A stretch of DNA of 64,000 nt from contig JAVBQB010000001.1 of the NCBI GenBank assembly GCA_031549265.1, positions 20,027 to 84,026 of the forward strand. Reading direction: 5' to 3'. The notes under the pieces were generated by a model, which saw only the letters and a program-made list of their open reading frames with translations, was not told the DNA's origin and made no database searches. Positions 39,536-50,228 of the stretch are shown here, piece after piece; position 1 is the stretch's first letter, and each line of letters opens with the position of its first letter. The position numbers and the translations under genes are program-made. Source of the DNA: Oscillospiraceae bacterium. Lineage in GTDB: Bacteria; Bacillota; Clostridia; Oscillospirales; JAVBQB01.

Positions 39536-42500
39536 TTATGCAAAATCAAAAAGCGATAACTGGCCGGATTGAGGCAACCCGTCTAAAACACCGAGGGCCG
39601 TCATCTGCTCAATATGCGTTTTGGACAGCTTTGTACAGCGATGCTGCAGATCCTCGACGGAGATGAATTTCTCGCCGTTTCGGGCTTCTACGAGGCTGTT
39701 GGCGGCGACTTCACCCAAGCCCGGAATTGACGTAAAGGGCGGCAGAAGGCCGGTGTCCGTGACTGTAAACTGGGTAGCGTCCGATCTGTAAAGATCGATT
39801 TTGGAAAACTCCAGACCGCGTTTCCGGAATTCGTAGCAGACCTCGAGCGTATTCAAGGTATCTTCATCCTTGCCGGACTGCTCTTTCTCGCGCAGCGCGC
39901 TTTGAATGTTCGTCCGGAGCGAGTCAATGCCCCCGGTCATAAGATTAGCGTCAAACGCCTTGGCGCGCACCGTAAACCACGCGCAGTAAAACTCCTTGGG
40001 ATAATGCACCTTGAACCACGCGATGCGGAAGGCCATCATAACATAAGCCGCGGCGTGCGCTTTCGGGAACATGTATTTGATTTTTTTACAGGAATCCATA
40101 TACCATTGAGGAACTCCGCAGGCCGACATTTCCGGCAGCCATTCCGGCTTTAATCCCTTGCCCTTGCGCACGTTTTCGGAGATGTTGAAAGCAAGCTGGC
40201 TGTCGAGGCCTTTTGATATCAGATAGAGCATGATGTCATCCCTGGTGCAAATGACGTCCTTCAGCGTCGCCGTGCCGCCGACTATCAGGTCGCGGGCGTT
40301 GCCCAGCCAGACGTCGGTGCCGTGCGACAGGCCGGAAATCCGCAGCAGCTCGTCAAAGGTTTTGGGTGAGGTCTCGCGCAGCATCTCGCGGACGAATCTG
40401 GTTCCAAACTCGGGTACGGCGCACGCGCCGGTCGGCCCCAAAATGGGGTCATCCTCAAATCCAAGCGGAGCGGACGAAATGAAAATGCGCATTGTGTCCT
40501 TGTCGTCCAGCCTTATTGTGCGGGCGTCGATGCCGGTGAGATCGGAAAGCATCCTGATCATGGTCGGATCGTCGTGGCCAAGGAGATCGAGCTTCAGCAG
40601 ATTTTCCTCAATCGAGTGGTAGTCAAAATGTGTTGTAATAACGCCCGAGTCCTTTTTATCTGCAGGGTGCTGAATGGGACAAAATTCGTTGATATCATTA
40701 CTTTCCGGAACAATAATGAGTCCGCCGGGATGCTGGCCGGTTGTCCTTTTAACGCCGACGCAGCCGGATGCCAACCGGTTCTCCTCGGCTGATGAAACGG
40801 TGATCGACCGTTTTTCCAAGTATTTCTTAACATACCCAAACGCAGTGTTCTCAGCGATTGTCGATATGGTTCCCGCGCGAAAAACTTTGTCCTCGCCAAA
40901 AATCTCGATTGTGTGCCTGTGTGCTCTACCCTGGTATTCTCCGGAAAAGTTAAGGTCAATATCGGGCTTTTTTTCGCCCTTGAAGCCAAGGAAGGTGGCA
41001 AACGGAATATCGAAGCCCTCCTTGCAGAGTTCGGATCCGCATTCCGGGCATGTACGATCGGGCAGATCGGGGCCGCAAGCCATCCCGGCGGCGTCGAAGT
41101 CGCAGTATTTGCATTCGGGGCACAGATAGTGCGGTGGCAGCGCGTTGACCTCGGTGATTCCGGAAAGAAAAGCCGCGACCGAAGAGCCGACCGATCCTCG
41201 CGAACCGACAAGGTAACCTTCGGCAAGCGAGCGCGCAACCAGCTTTTGAGCGATTATATAGATACCGTCAAAGTGCTGTCCGATTATTGAGTTCATTTCG
41301 GCAGCGATACGCTCGCGAATCAGCTCGGGAATATTCTCGCCATAGAGCACAGTCGCTTTTTGGCTCACAAGATTTTCGAGCTCGTTCGCGGAGTTCGGAA
41401 TTTCCGGGGAATAAGTCCCCGATTTAATTGGCTGGATGTCCTCGCACATATCGGCAATCATATTGGGATTGTCGACAACCACTTCCATTGCCTTCTCAGC
41501 GCCCAAATAGGCGAATTCGTCGAGCATTTCATTTGTTGTGCGAAAATGCAGTACGGGCTGCGTATCGGCGTCGATAAGCTTGTTTGCGTCCTTTATGATG
41601 CGCCTGAAAATTTCTTCCTGCTCATTAAGATAATGTACGTCGCATGTGGCGCAAACCGGCTTGCCCAGCGTTTCGCCAAGTTTTACAACTGTCCGGTTGA
41701 ACTCGCGGAGCTGCTCAAAGTCGGCCGCGCGTCCGTTTCTTATTAGATACTCATTGTTGGTCAGCGGCTGGATTTCGAGATAGTCATAGAATTTCGCTAT
41801 ATCGATTAACGACTCCCAGGGCTGTCCTGCGACAATCGCGCGGAAGAGCTCACCGTTTTCGCACGCCGAGCCGAGGATCAGTCCTTCGCGGTGTTGTTTA
41901 AGCAAGGATTTAGGTATTGTGGGGCAATAATGAAAATATTTGGTGTGAGAAATGGAGATGAGTTCGTACAAGTTTCTTAAACCTACATAAGATTTAGCGA
42001 GGACAATGATATGCCGTAGATCGCTCCTTGAAAACGATTTGCGCTGTCCGCGTTGAATACTGGAAGTGTTGATCTGGTCGACGGATTTCAGACGATCGAT
42101 TTCAATCATTGACCTGAAGAGGTATGATACGATCTCGACGAGCGCGCGGGTGTCGTCCATCGCGCGGTGATGCCTGAAGTCGGTAAAACCCACCGCTTTG
42201 GCGACGGTATTAAGCTTGTAATTGTTGAGTCCGGGCATAAGGGCACGGGCAAGCGCGACCGTGTCGACCGAGGTAAATGTGCGCGCAATCCCCAGTTGAC
42301 GGCAAGATTCGCGCACAAATCCCATATCGAAATCGGCATTGTGCGCAATAAGCGGACGGTCGCCGACAAAATCAAGAAAAGCGGCTAGCGCGTCGTCTAT
42401 CACAGGAGCACCCTTGACATCGGCGCCGGTGATGCCGGTGATTTCGGTTATTTTCGGCGGGATGGCCGTTTGCGGATCAACCATCGTATGAAAGCTATCA

Positions 42501-43852
42501 ATCGCTATACAGTCTTTTATCAGAATTGCGGCTATTTCAATGATTTTATCCGAACGCGGGTTAAGCCCCGTGGTCTCAAGGTCGAAAACGATGAACTCAT
42601 CGTCAAGTGGGGTGACCGCACTGCCCTTAACCGCGTTCATCTCGCTGGGATCGCCGGTAGACATATATGCCTCACAGCCATAGATAACTTTAATATTAAG
42701 ACCCTTTTTCGCGGCCATCGCGTCCGGGAAAGCCTGAACAACTCCATGGTCTGTGATGGCGATAGCCGGGTGCCCCCATTTATCCGCCTGCCGGATGGCC
42801 GACTTAACATCTGTTATACCGTCAACCGCGGACATCTTTGTGTGCAGATGCAATTCGACCCGCTTACGTTCGGCGGTGTCTTCCCGTTCTTTTTTAGGCG
42901 CGACGCAGATACTGTCAGGCTCAAAAACCTGTTTGTCATTAAACTGGTTAATAACCATTTTGCCCTGAACTACGAGATGCATTCCGGGCTGGATAGCCGC
43001 CAGGAGCGCATTGATACCCGCCATATCCATATTACGCGATTTAGCGGAGTTTCCGCCAAATTTGTTGGCTCTTAGGAACATATGAACGGTAATCGAGTCG
43101 GTAAAGTCGCTTATATCAAACGATAGAATCCAGGAATTGCGGTTTTTCAGCTCGTTTTTTCTTACGGAAAACACATCGCCTTCGATCACGGACTTACCAG
43201 TCTCAAGTGTAATTTCAGCCATCGGACGCGGCGCGCCTTTGATTGCTGAACCAAAGAGAACGCTGCTTGCAGGCTTGTCCGACGCCGTTGTGGAGGATTT
43301 CTGCTGAATGCTGCTTTCCAGGATCAGCTCCTGCATTCTTTGCTGTTTCTCCTTCTCGTATTTTTCAACTGCGCTATCGTCCGATAGAATTGGGTCAATA
43401 ATTTTGCAGGAGACTTTGATGTTAAAATCATTCAACATTATACTCTCAACAATGGCAGAACATTCAGACAACCAGTCGGTGCAATTGACAGACGGAAAAA
43501 TGGAAAGGGCGTTTTTCTCGAGCGTCCATTTCGCGCCTTTCAGCATCCGCGCGCGCTGATGCCTGGTCTGAAGGATTTCCAGCAATGACGAAAATGACGA
43601 GTCGTCAAACAGATCGCTTGTTGACTTTACCTTAATAAGTACATCGGATAATTTGAGCTCAGCCGCAATTATGTCTGAGATTTCGTCAAGGATATCTGTG
43701 TCAGCGGCACAGTCGCAATTAAGCTCGAATGACATGCTATTAGTCGCTGTATCCAGCACGATATTGTCAATTTGCGCGTCTTTCAATGTATATAACAATC
43801 GATCGCTAAATAAAATCTGTGAAAATACTGTAAGAAACTTTTCGGCACCCAT
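39536..43852 (-). CDS. polC: DNA polymerase III PolC
   Basis: ELHLHTKMS PHP domain, inserted exonuclease FDLETTG, SRGSVGSS, PDIDLNFSG. Confidence 0.98.
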   Translation of the reverse strand: MGAEKFLTVFSQILFSDRLLYTLKDAQIDNIVLDTATNSMSFELNCDCAADTDILDEISDIIAAELKLSDVLIKVKSTSDLFDDSSFSSLLEILQTRHQRARMLKGAKWTLEKNALSIFPSVNCTDWLSECSAIVESIMLNDFNIKVSCKIIDPILSDDSAVEKYEKEKQQRMQELILESSIQQKSSTTASDKPASSVLFGSAIKGAPRPMAEITLETGKSVIEGDVFSVRKNELKNRNSWILSFDISDFTDSITVHMFLRANKFGGNSAKSRNMDMAGINALLAAIQPGMHLVVQGKMVINQFNDKQVFEPDSICVAPKKEREDTAERKRVELHLHTKMSAVDGITDVKSAIRQADKWGHPAIAITDHGVVQAFPDAMAAKKGLNIKVIYGCEAYMSTGDPSEMNAVKGSAVTPLDDEFIVFDLETTGLNPRSDKIIEIAAILIKDCIAIDSFHTMVDPQTAIPPKITEITGITGADVKGAPVIDDALAAFLDFVGDRPLIAHNADFDMGFVRESCRQLGIARTFTSVDTVALARALMPGLNNYKLNTVAKAVGFTDFRHHRAMDDTRALVEIVSYLFRSMIEIDRLKSVDQINTSSIQRGQRKSFSRSDLRHIIVLAKSYVGLRNLYELISISHTKYFHYCPTIPKSLLKQHREGLILGSACENGELFRAIVAGQPWESLIDIAKFYDYLEIQPLTNNEYLIRNGRAADFEQLREFNRTVVKLGETLGKPVCATCDVHYLNEQEEIFRRIIKDANKLIDADTQPVLHFRTTNEMLDEFAYLGAEKAMEVVVDNPNMIADMCEDIQPIKSGTYSPEIPNSANELENLVSQKATVLYGENIPELIRERIAAEMNSIIGQHFDGIYIIAQKLVARSLAEGYLVGSRGSVGSSVAAFLSGITEVNALPPHYLCPECKYCDFDAAGMACGPDLPDRTCPECGSELCKEGFDIPFATFLGFKGEKKPDIDLNFSGEYQGRAHRHTIEIFGEDKVFRAGTISTIAENTAFGYVKKYLEKRSITVSSAEENRLASGCVGVKRTTGQHPGGLIIVPESNDINEFCPIQHPADKKDSGVITTHFDYHSIEENLLKLDLLGHDDPTMIRMLSDLTGIDARTIRLDDKDTMRIFISSAPLGFEDDPILGPTGACAVPEFGTRFVREMLRETSPKTFDELLRISGLSHGTDVWLGNARDLIVGGTATLKDVICTRDDIMLYLISKGLDSQLAFNISENVRKGKGLKPEWLPEMSACGVPQWYMDSCKKIKYMFPKAHAAAYVMMAFRIAWFKVHYPKEFYCAWFTVRAKAFDANLMTGGIDSLRTNIQSALREKEQSGKDEDTLNTLEVCYEFRKRGLEFSKIDLYRSDATQFTVTDTGLLPPFTSIPGLGEVAANSLVEARNGEKFISVEDLQHRCTKLSKTHIEQMTALGVLDGLPQSGQLSLFDFA

Positions 43853-43869
43853 GCGTGGCCTCCGTAGAT

Positions 43870-44919
43870 TTAAGCATTTGATATAAGGCGAACCAGCTCG
43901 TCAACCAGTGACTCTTCCGGCACCTTACGAATTATTTCCCCGTTAGCGAACAGAACGCCCGAATGATTTCCGCACGCGATTCCGAAATCGGCGGCGCGGG
44001 CTTCGCCGGGTCCGTTGACCTCGCACCCCATGACAGCGACCGTGATAGACTTGGTGACGTTTTGCAGCTTGTCCTCGACCTCGGCTGCGATGTCCATAAG
44101 ATTTACCCGGCACCGTCCGCAGGTCGGACATGATATGAAGTTTATCCCATCTTTTCTTATCCCGCAGGCCTGAAGAATTGCGCGGGCCGCCTTGACTTCT
44201 TCCAGCGGGTCAGCAGTAAGCGAAATCCTGACGGTATCCCCTATTCCATCGCACAGCAGCGAACCCACGCCTATAGCGGATTTTACCGTTCCCATAAAGG
44301 CTGTGCCCGTTTCGGTGACGCCGAGATGCAGTGGTACGTCGCTCAGATTTGCAAACATTCTGTAGGTAGCAATCATTACAGGAACTGACGACGACTTGAT
44401 CGAGACGCAGATATCGTCAAAGTCCAGCAATCGGAGAAGTTCAACATTCTTTAACGCGCTTTCGGTCAGTGCCGCAGGTGACGCCTCGCCGTAGCGGGCG
44501 AGAATGTCTTTCTCGAGCGATCCGCCATTAACGCCGACTCTGATTGGAATACCGTATTTGCGGCAGGCCTTCGTTATCTCCGCCATCTTCTTGTTATCGC
44601 CAATGTTGCCGGGGTTGACGCGGAGTTTGTCCGCGCCGGCGTTTGCGGCCTCAATTGCGAGCCGGTAATCGAAATGAATATCGGCGACAATCGGCAGCGG
44701 AGATTTTTCTTTGATTTTGTAGACAGCACGAGCGGCGTCCATATCCGGGATGGCTATTCGCGCCATTTGACAGCCCGCGGCGGCCAGGCTGTCAATCTGA
44801 GAAAGCGTGGCCGCCGTGTCACGGGTGTCTGTATTCGTCATTGATTGAATTGAGACAGGGTGAGCGCCGCCGATGTAAATGCTGCCAACCTTAATCACTT
44901 TGGATATCCGACGGGTCAT
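43870..44919 (-). CDS. ispG: HMBPP synthase
   Basis: IQSMTNT, ADIHFDY, CPTCGR, MGCEVNGPGEA. Confidence 0.97.
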   Translation of the reverse strand: MTRRISKVIKVGSIYIGGAHPVSIQSMTNTDTRDTAATLSQIDSLAAAGCQMARIAIPDMDAARAVYKIKEKSPLPIVADIHFDYRLAIEAANAGADKLRVNPGNIGDNKKMAEITKACRKYGIPIRVGVNGGSLEKDILARYGEASPAALTESALKNVELLRLLDFDDICVSIKSSSVPVMIATYRMFANLSDVPLHLGVTETGTAFMGTVKSAIGVGSLLCDGIGDTVRISLTADPLEEVKAARAILQACGIRKDGINFISCPTCGRCRVNLMDIAAEVEDKLQNVTKSITVAVMGCEVNGPGEARAADFGIACGNHSGVLFANGEIIRKVPEESLVDELVRLISNA

Positions 44920-44921
44920 AT

Positions 44922-45989
44922 TTAGCCTCCGCTTGACATTGTAACAAGCCGTACAATGTCGTTAAAGAACACATAAACAGTCAATGCGAGAAATGCGACG
45001 AGTCCAGCAGCGTGAATGTAGCCCTCGTATTTTGCCGGTACAGGCTTGCGTCTAATTAGCTCAATCAGGAGGAAGATAATCCTTCCGCCATCAAGCGCGG
45101 GCAATGGAAGCATATTGAGAACGGCCAGATTTGCCGATATCAGCGCTCCCAAGAAGAACATGTTTGCGAGGGCAATGCCGATCGGTTTGTCGGCGGCCTG
45201 CTGGTTCATGACTCCGATCACGCCGACAGGGCCGGACAGATCGTTGACTCCGGCTTTGCCGGTAACAAGGTCGAAAAGCGACATTTTAACGATTCTAACG
45301 AAGTCGACGGAGGTCAGCCAGGTATTTTGCAGCTTTTCAATAAAGCCGTTTTCCTTAATGACAAATCCGATTCCGAAAGCGGGTGATTTTTCTCCGCTGC
45401 CGTTGTCGACCATTATCCTGCTGAGCGGCGGGAGGTTTACGGTCATTGATTTGCCGTCGCGTTCGACCGAGACTTCGTATGGAGCGTTCTTCCCTCGATC
45501 GAGCATAATACCTATGTCTGACGCGATGAATATCGGCTCGTTGTTTATAGCCAGAATCTTATCGCCGGGCATAAGCATTTCCGGACCCTGCCCAGCGAAT
45601 TCGGGCGCAAAGCCGCTGATTTGGGTGGAGGCGAAGAAACCTTGCGGTATAAAAATAATAAATACAATGACCAACGCTGTGACCATGTTCATGATCGAAC
45701 CTGCCGCAAGGATTATCAAGCGCTGCCAGACAGGTTTGTTATTAAACGCGGACTTGCTTTCGGATTCCTCGTCCTCGCCTTCCATCGCGCAAAATCCGCC
45801 TATCGGAAAAGCGCGCAGGGTATAGAGCGTCTCCCCTTTTTGACGCTTGAGCAGCTTGGGGCCGAATCCAATCGCGAATTCGTTGACACGTACCTTAAAT
45901 ATTCTCGCCGCGGCAAAGTGACCTGCCTCATGCACGAGAATGAGGATGCCGAAAATCAGAATGCCTACTATAATTGAAAACCAGGTTAT
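44922..45989 (-). CDS. rseP: RIP metalloprotease RseP/RasP
   Basis: HEAGH, PDZ domain, NMLPLPALDGG; the frame extends to an ATA at 45989 after AAAGGAG. Confidence 0.9.
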   Translation of the reverse strand: MTWFSIIVGILIFGILILVHEAGHFAAARIFKVRVNEFAIGFGPKLLKRQKGETLYTLRAFPIGGFCAMEGEDEESESKSAFNNKPVWQRLIILAAGSIMNMVTALVIVFIIFIPQGFFASTQISGFAPEFAGQGPEMLMPGDKILAINNEPIFIASDIGIMLDRGKNAPYEVSVERDGKSMTVNLPPLSRIMVDNGSGEKSPAFGIGFVIKENGFIEKLQNTWLTSVDFVRIVKMSLFDLVTGKAGVNDLSGPVGVIGVMNQQAADKPIGIALANMFFLGALISANLAVLNMLPLPALDGGRIIFLLIELIRRKPVPAKYEGYIHAAGLVAFLALTVYVFFNDIVRLVTMSSGG

Positions 45990-46010
45990 ATCGCTCAGCT
46001 CCTTTCTGTT

Positions 46011-47147
46011 TTACCTGGACGCGCACTCGCGCGCCGCATTGTCCACTTCAATGATATCATCAACGGTAAAGCAGTTTTTTGAAGCATTTACACGAATTGC
46101 GTCGTAGACAAGCTCAGGTATTCTGCAAAAACTAATTTCCCCGGAAATGAAACGGCTGACCGCCACCTCGTCTGCGGCACATAGGGCGGCGCACGCGGCG
46201 TCCCCGGTCTTGACAGCGTCGATCGCTATCCCGAGACAGGGGAAAAGATCCATGTCCGGAGTGTCAAAAGTGAGTGATTTAAGTGCGGAAAAATCAAGCG
46301 GCGTGACCGGTCCGCGCTGTCTGCCGGGATGAGTCATCGCGTATTGTATCGGGGCGCGCATGTCAGGCGGCCCCATTTGGGCAATTACCGAGCCGTCAAT
46401 GAACTCCACCATCGAATGAATAATGCTCTCCTGCTGGATGACGACCTCGATCTGGGCAGGTGTTACCGAGAAAAGACGCACCGCCTCAATGAATTCCTGG
46501 CCTTTGTTCATAAGCGAGGCCGAATCGACAGTAATCTTCGGGCCCATGCTCCAGTTAGGGTGACAAAGCGCATCTAGAACAGTAACAGTCCGAAGCTGCT
46601 CGGCACTGTAACCCAAAAACGGACCGCCGGAAGCTGTCAGGATCAGCCTTGATATCTCCCCATGGTCTTTTGAGCATTGAAGGCACTGAAATATTGCCGA
46701 ATGCTCGGAATCGACGGGTATAATCTCGGCGCCGTGCTTCTGCGCCAGCGCCATCACGATGTTCCCTGCGCAGACAAGCGTCTCTTTGTTGGCTAGCGCG
46801 ATCCGCTTACCGCGCTCAATGGCGGCGAGAGTGGGTTTCAGCCCCACTGTGCCCGACATCGCGGCGACGACCGTGTCGGCGTCATCCAGGCAGGCGGAGA
46901 GCAGACCGCTTTCCCCTGCCGCAACCTGAATATCGGTGTCAGCCAGACGAGTTTTCAGGTCAAGAGCCGCATTTTGGTCATAAAGCACAGCAAGACGCGG
47001 CATCAGTCTCCGCGCCTGCTGTTCCATAAGAACCGTATTAGAGTTGGCTGCAAGCGCAGTAACGCGGAGTCCGAGCGCCATGGCAACCTCTATCGCCTGA
47101 GCGCCGACTGATCCGGTACTGCCAAGGATAGATACGGAGCGGGTCAT
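46011..47147 (-). CDS. dxr: DXP reductoisomerase
   Basis: LGSTGSVG, LANKE, PVDSEHSAIFQ, HPNWSMG. Confidence 0.97.
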   Translation of the reverse strand: MTRSVSILGSTGSVGAQAIEVAMALGLRVTALAANSNTVLMEQQARRLMPRLAVLYDQNAALDLKTRLADTDIQVAAGESGLLSACLDDADTVVAAMSGTVGLKPTLAAIERGKRIALANKETLVCAGNIVMALAQKHGAEIIPVDSEHSAIFQCLQCSKDHGEISRLILTASGGPFLGYSAEQLRTVTVLDALCHPNWSMGPKITVDSASLMNKGQEFIEAVRLFSVTPAQIEVVIQQESIIHSMVEFIDGSVIAQMGPPDMRAPIQYAMTHPGRQRGPVTPLDFSALKSLTFDTPDMDLFPCLGIAIDAVKTGDAACAALCAADEVAVSRFISGEISFCRIPELVYDAIRVNASKNCFTVDDIIEVDNAARECASR

Positions 47148-47962
47148 TGAGTCACCACCGTGGTCAGGCGCAGCATAATCTCAAAGGCCGGAGCCGCGAA
47201 CAGTAGACTGTCGCATCTGTCAAGTATGCCGCCGTGGCCGGGGAATATTGAGCCGAAGTCTTTGATTTGGAACCCGCGTTTGATAAAGGACATTGAAAGG
47301 TCTCCGCATTGCGAAAGTATCGAACCAGCGGCGACGAACAGCATCACCATCAGATAGTTGACGTTGCATTTGAAGAAGAAGGCAACAATCAGTCCATAAA
47401 TGACCGCAACCAAAACTGATCCGATGACACCCGCGATAGCGCCTTCCAGTGTTTTCTTGGGGCTGATGACGGGCGCGAGCTTGTGCCTGCCGATCGCCAT
47501 GCCGAAGTAGTATGCAAAGGTATCGGTGGCAAACGCCGCGATAAACGGCAACAGCAGGACAAATCTTCCGTCCGGTGTCTCGGCAATCCGGGATATCGCC
47601 GACAGAAACCAGGGTATCACTGTCGCGCCGAAAAGGGCGGCGCAAAGCTTATCAAAAGGGATTCGCCGCTTTTTTGATGCCATGCTAACGACAAACAGCA
47701 GAACAATCAGCAAAAACAAAGCGAAATAAATCATTACTTGCGGCAGGTTAAGATAGCTCCAAATCGGAATTAAAAACGCTGACAGCGAAGCGACCATTAT
47801 GAGCACAAAATTCTTGATGTATCCTGAAAACCACAGCAGTTCAAGCACGGACATTACGGATAAAACGGATATGGAAAGCGCTAGCACCCATGTCGGCACA
47901 AAATAAAGTTCCACGAACATGAACGCCGTCAGTGACAATCCAACAGCCAGTCTGACAGCCAT
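47144..47962 (-). CDS. cdsA: Phosphatidate cytidylyltransferase
   Basis: ISPKKTLEG, KDFGSIFPGHGGILDRCDS. Confidence 0.95.
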   Translation of the reverse strand: MAVRLAVGLSLTAFMFVELYFVPTWVLALSISVLSVMSVLELLWFSGYIKNFVLIMVASLSAFLIPIWSYLNLPQVMIYFALFLLIVLLFVVSMASKKRRIPFDKLCAALFGATVIPWFLSAISRIAETPDGRFVLLLPFIAAFATDTFAYYFGMAIGRHKLAPVISPKKTLEGAIAGVIGSVLVAVIYGLIVAFFFKCNVNYLMVMLFVAAGSILSQCGDLSMSFIKRGFQIKDFGSIFPGHGGILDRCDSLLFAAPAFEIMLRLTTVVTQ

Positions 47963-47963
47963 A

Positions 47964-48713
47964 TTATTTTAATCCTCCATACCTGCGAGATCTTTGCTGA
48001 TAAGTAATTATCGCCTGATCCAGGTGATGTTTATTGAAATCAGGCCAAAGCACGTCGGTGAAATACAGTTCGGCATATGCCGACTGCCAGAGCATGAAAT
48101 TGGAAAGCCGGTATTCCCCTGACGGCCGGATAATGAGGTCGGGGTCAGGCACGCCTGAAAAATTGAGTTCACCGCAAAAAGCCGCCTCGTCGATTTCAAA
48201 AGCGGAAATCTGGCCGCTTGCGCATTTTTCGGCGATCGAACGGACGGCGGAGATGATCTCCGCCCTGCCGCCGTAGTTCAAGCAAATATTGACTTGCGTA
48301 CCTTCATATGCAGATGTGACGCGCTCAGTCTCGGCGACCAGCTCGACGAGATCCGGCGGCAGCTGCGTGAGATCTCCGACAAAACGCATTTTGACCCTGT
48401 TGACGTCGACATCTTCGATACATTCTTTGAGATACTTTTTGAGCAAATCAAGAATACCGTCAACCTCGTCCCGAGGACGCTTCCAGTTTTCGGTCGAGAA
48501 CGCGTAAACGGTCAGATACTTGATGCCGATATCTCTGCAATAAGTCGCAACCTTGCGAAACGTTTCGCTTCCGGCGGCATGTCCGGCCGACCGGGGCAGA
48601 CCGAATCGTTTTGCCCAGCGGCCGTTGCCGTCCATGATAATCGCGATGTGAATGGGCAGCCGGGAGAAATCAATCTCGGACGGCTGTTTTTTCCTTTTGA
48701 ATAATGAAAACAT
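47964..48713 (-). CDS. uppS: Undecaprenyl diphosphate synthase
   Basis: IIMDGNGRWA, FSTENWKRP, RLSNFMLWQ. Confidence 0.97.
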   Translation of the reverse strand: MFSLFKRKKQPSEIDFSRLPIHIAIIMDGNGRWAKRFGLPRSAGHAAGSETFRKVATYCRDIGIKYLTVYAFSTENWKRPRDEVDGILDLLKKYLKECIEDVDVNRVKMRFVGDLTQLPPDLVELVAETERVTSAYEGTQVNICLNYGGRAEIISAVRSIAEKCASGQISAFEIDEAAFCGELNFSGVPDPDLIIRPSGEYRLSNFMLWQSAYAELYFTDVLWPDFNKHHLDQAIITYQQRSRRYGGLK

Positions 48714-48762
48714 AAAGCCGACTTTGGAGCATCACACACCCGGCAGATTCTCCACTACCGAA

Positions 48763-49317
48763 TCACACCTCCAGCAGTTCTTTTTCTTTGCTGGTCACCA
48801 TACCGTCGATTTCCTTGCAAGTTTTATCTGTGAGCGTTTGAATATCCTTTTCGACATTCTTGAGGTCATCCTCGGTAATCTCCGATTTCTTTTTAAGAGC
48901 CTTAAAATGCTCGATTGCGTCGCGGCGGATGTTGCGGACAGCAACCTTGCCGTCTTCCGCGTATTTGTGGACGAGTTTAGTCAGTTCCCGGCGGCGCTCC
49001 TCGGTCAGCTGCGGAAATGAAAGTCTTATGACCTTTCCGTCGTTTTGGGGATTGATACCAAGATCTGACGACTGGATCGCTTTTTCGACAGCCTTCAGCG
49101 CCGACACGTCCCACGGCGAAATTATCAGCACGCGGGGCTCGGGCGAGGAAATGCTCGCAATCTGACTGATCGGAGTCTGGGAGCCGTAATACTCGACAGT
49201 GACCTGATCCAAAACCGACGCGTTGGCACGGCCGGCCCGGATGGTGTTAAACTCATGGGAAATGACTTCAAGCGTTTTTTGCATTTTTTGCTCTTGCAGT
49301 TCATAATGCTCTTTCAT
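48763..49317 (-). CDS. frr: Ribosome recycling factor
   Basis: IRAGRAN, LTEERRREL, RNIRRDA. Confidence 0.97.
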   Translation of the reverse strand: MKEHYELQEQKMQKTLEVISHEFNTIRAGRANASVLDQVTVEYYGSQTPISQIASISSPEPRVLIISPWDVSALKAVEKAIQSSDLGINPQNDGKVIRLSFPQLTEERRRELTKLVHKYAEDGKVAVRNIRRDAIEHFKALKKKSEITEDDLKNVEKDIQTLTDKTCKEIDGMVTSKEKELLEV

Positions 49318-49350
49318 TTTCCTACACCTCGGATTATTGTAATAAACAGT

Positions 49351-50079
49351 TTAAGCGCGTAAGTCGCTCTTTACTATTGTACCAACTTTTTCGCCCATTA
49401 CAACTCTATAAATGTTTTCAGGGTCTTTCAGCGCAAAAAGCATGATCGGTATATCGTTATCCATTGATAAGGACGTCGCGGTCGAATCCATGACAGTGAG
49501 ATGGCGCAGCAGCAAATCGTCATAGGTAAGCGATTCGAACTTTTGAGCGGACGGGTTGACAACCGGGTCGTCGTCATAAACGCCGTCTACATTTTTGGCG
49601 AGCATAATCAGCTCCGCACCCACTTCGGCGCCGCGCAGAACCGCTGCGGTATCAGTGGAGAAAAACGGGTTACCGGTTCCGCAGGCAAAAATCACGATTC
49701 GCCCTTTTTCGAGGTGCCGAACGGCTCTAGAGCGGACATAAGGTTCGGCCAGCGCACGCATTTCAATCGCTGTCTGGACGCGCACCTCAACTCCGCGCTG
49801 CTCCAGGACGTCGGCAAGCGCCAGGCTGTTAATAACCGTAGCAAGCATACCCATATGATCAGCGCGCGACCTGTCCATCTTTCCGCCGCCGTCTTTCATG
49901 CCGCGCCAGAAATTTCCGCCGCCGACCACAATTCCGATCTCGACACCAGCCCGGGAGCATTTGCCGATAACATCACAAACCGAGTCAACAACTGAAAAAT
50001 CGATGCCCTTATGCATGTCTCCGGCGAGCGCTTCTCCAGATATTTTTAAGAGTACTCTTTTATAACGAGGGGACGCCAT
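49351..50079 (-). CDS. pyrH: UMP kinase
   Basis: [25 protein letters not shown]. Confidence 0.97.
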   Translation of the reverse strand: MASPRYKRVLLKISGEALAGDMHKGIDFSVVDSVCDVIGKCSRAGVEIGIVVGGGNFWRGMKDGGGKMDRSRADHMGMLATVINSLALADVLEQRGVEVRVQTAIEMRALAEPYVRSRAVRHLEKGRIVIFACGTGNPFFSTDTAAVLRGAEVGAELIMLAKNVDGVYDDDPVVNPSAQKFESLTYDDLLLRHLTVMDSTATSLSMDNDIPIMLFALKDPENIYRVVMGEKVGTIVKSDLRA

Positions 50080-50228
50080 TTACGTACCTCCACATTCTGA
50101 AAAGTCTGACATATATTCTATAATAGAGTTGTGAATTTTTAAAGCACTTGAATAAAATAATTTTCCGTATGTTAACCGGCCTCGTCCACAAAGACTGCGG
50201 ACGAGGCCTGGCTGATATAAATATCTTT

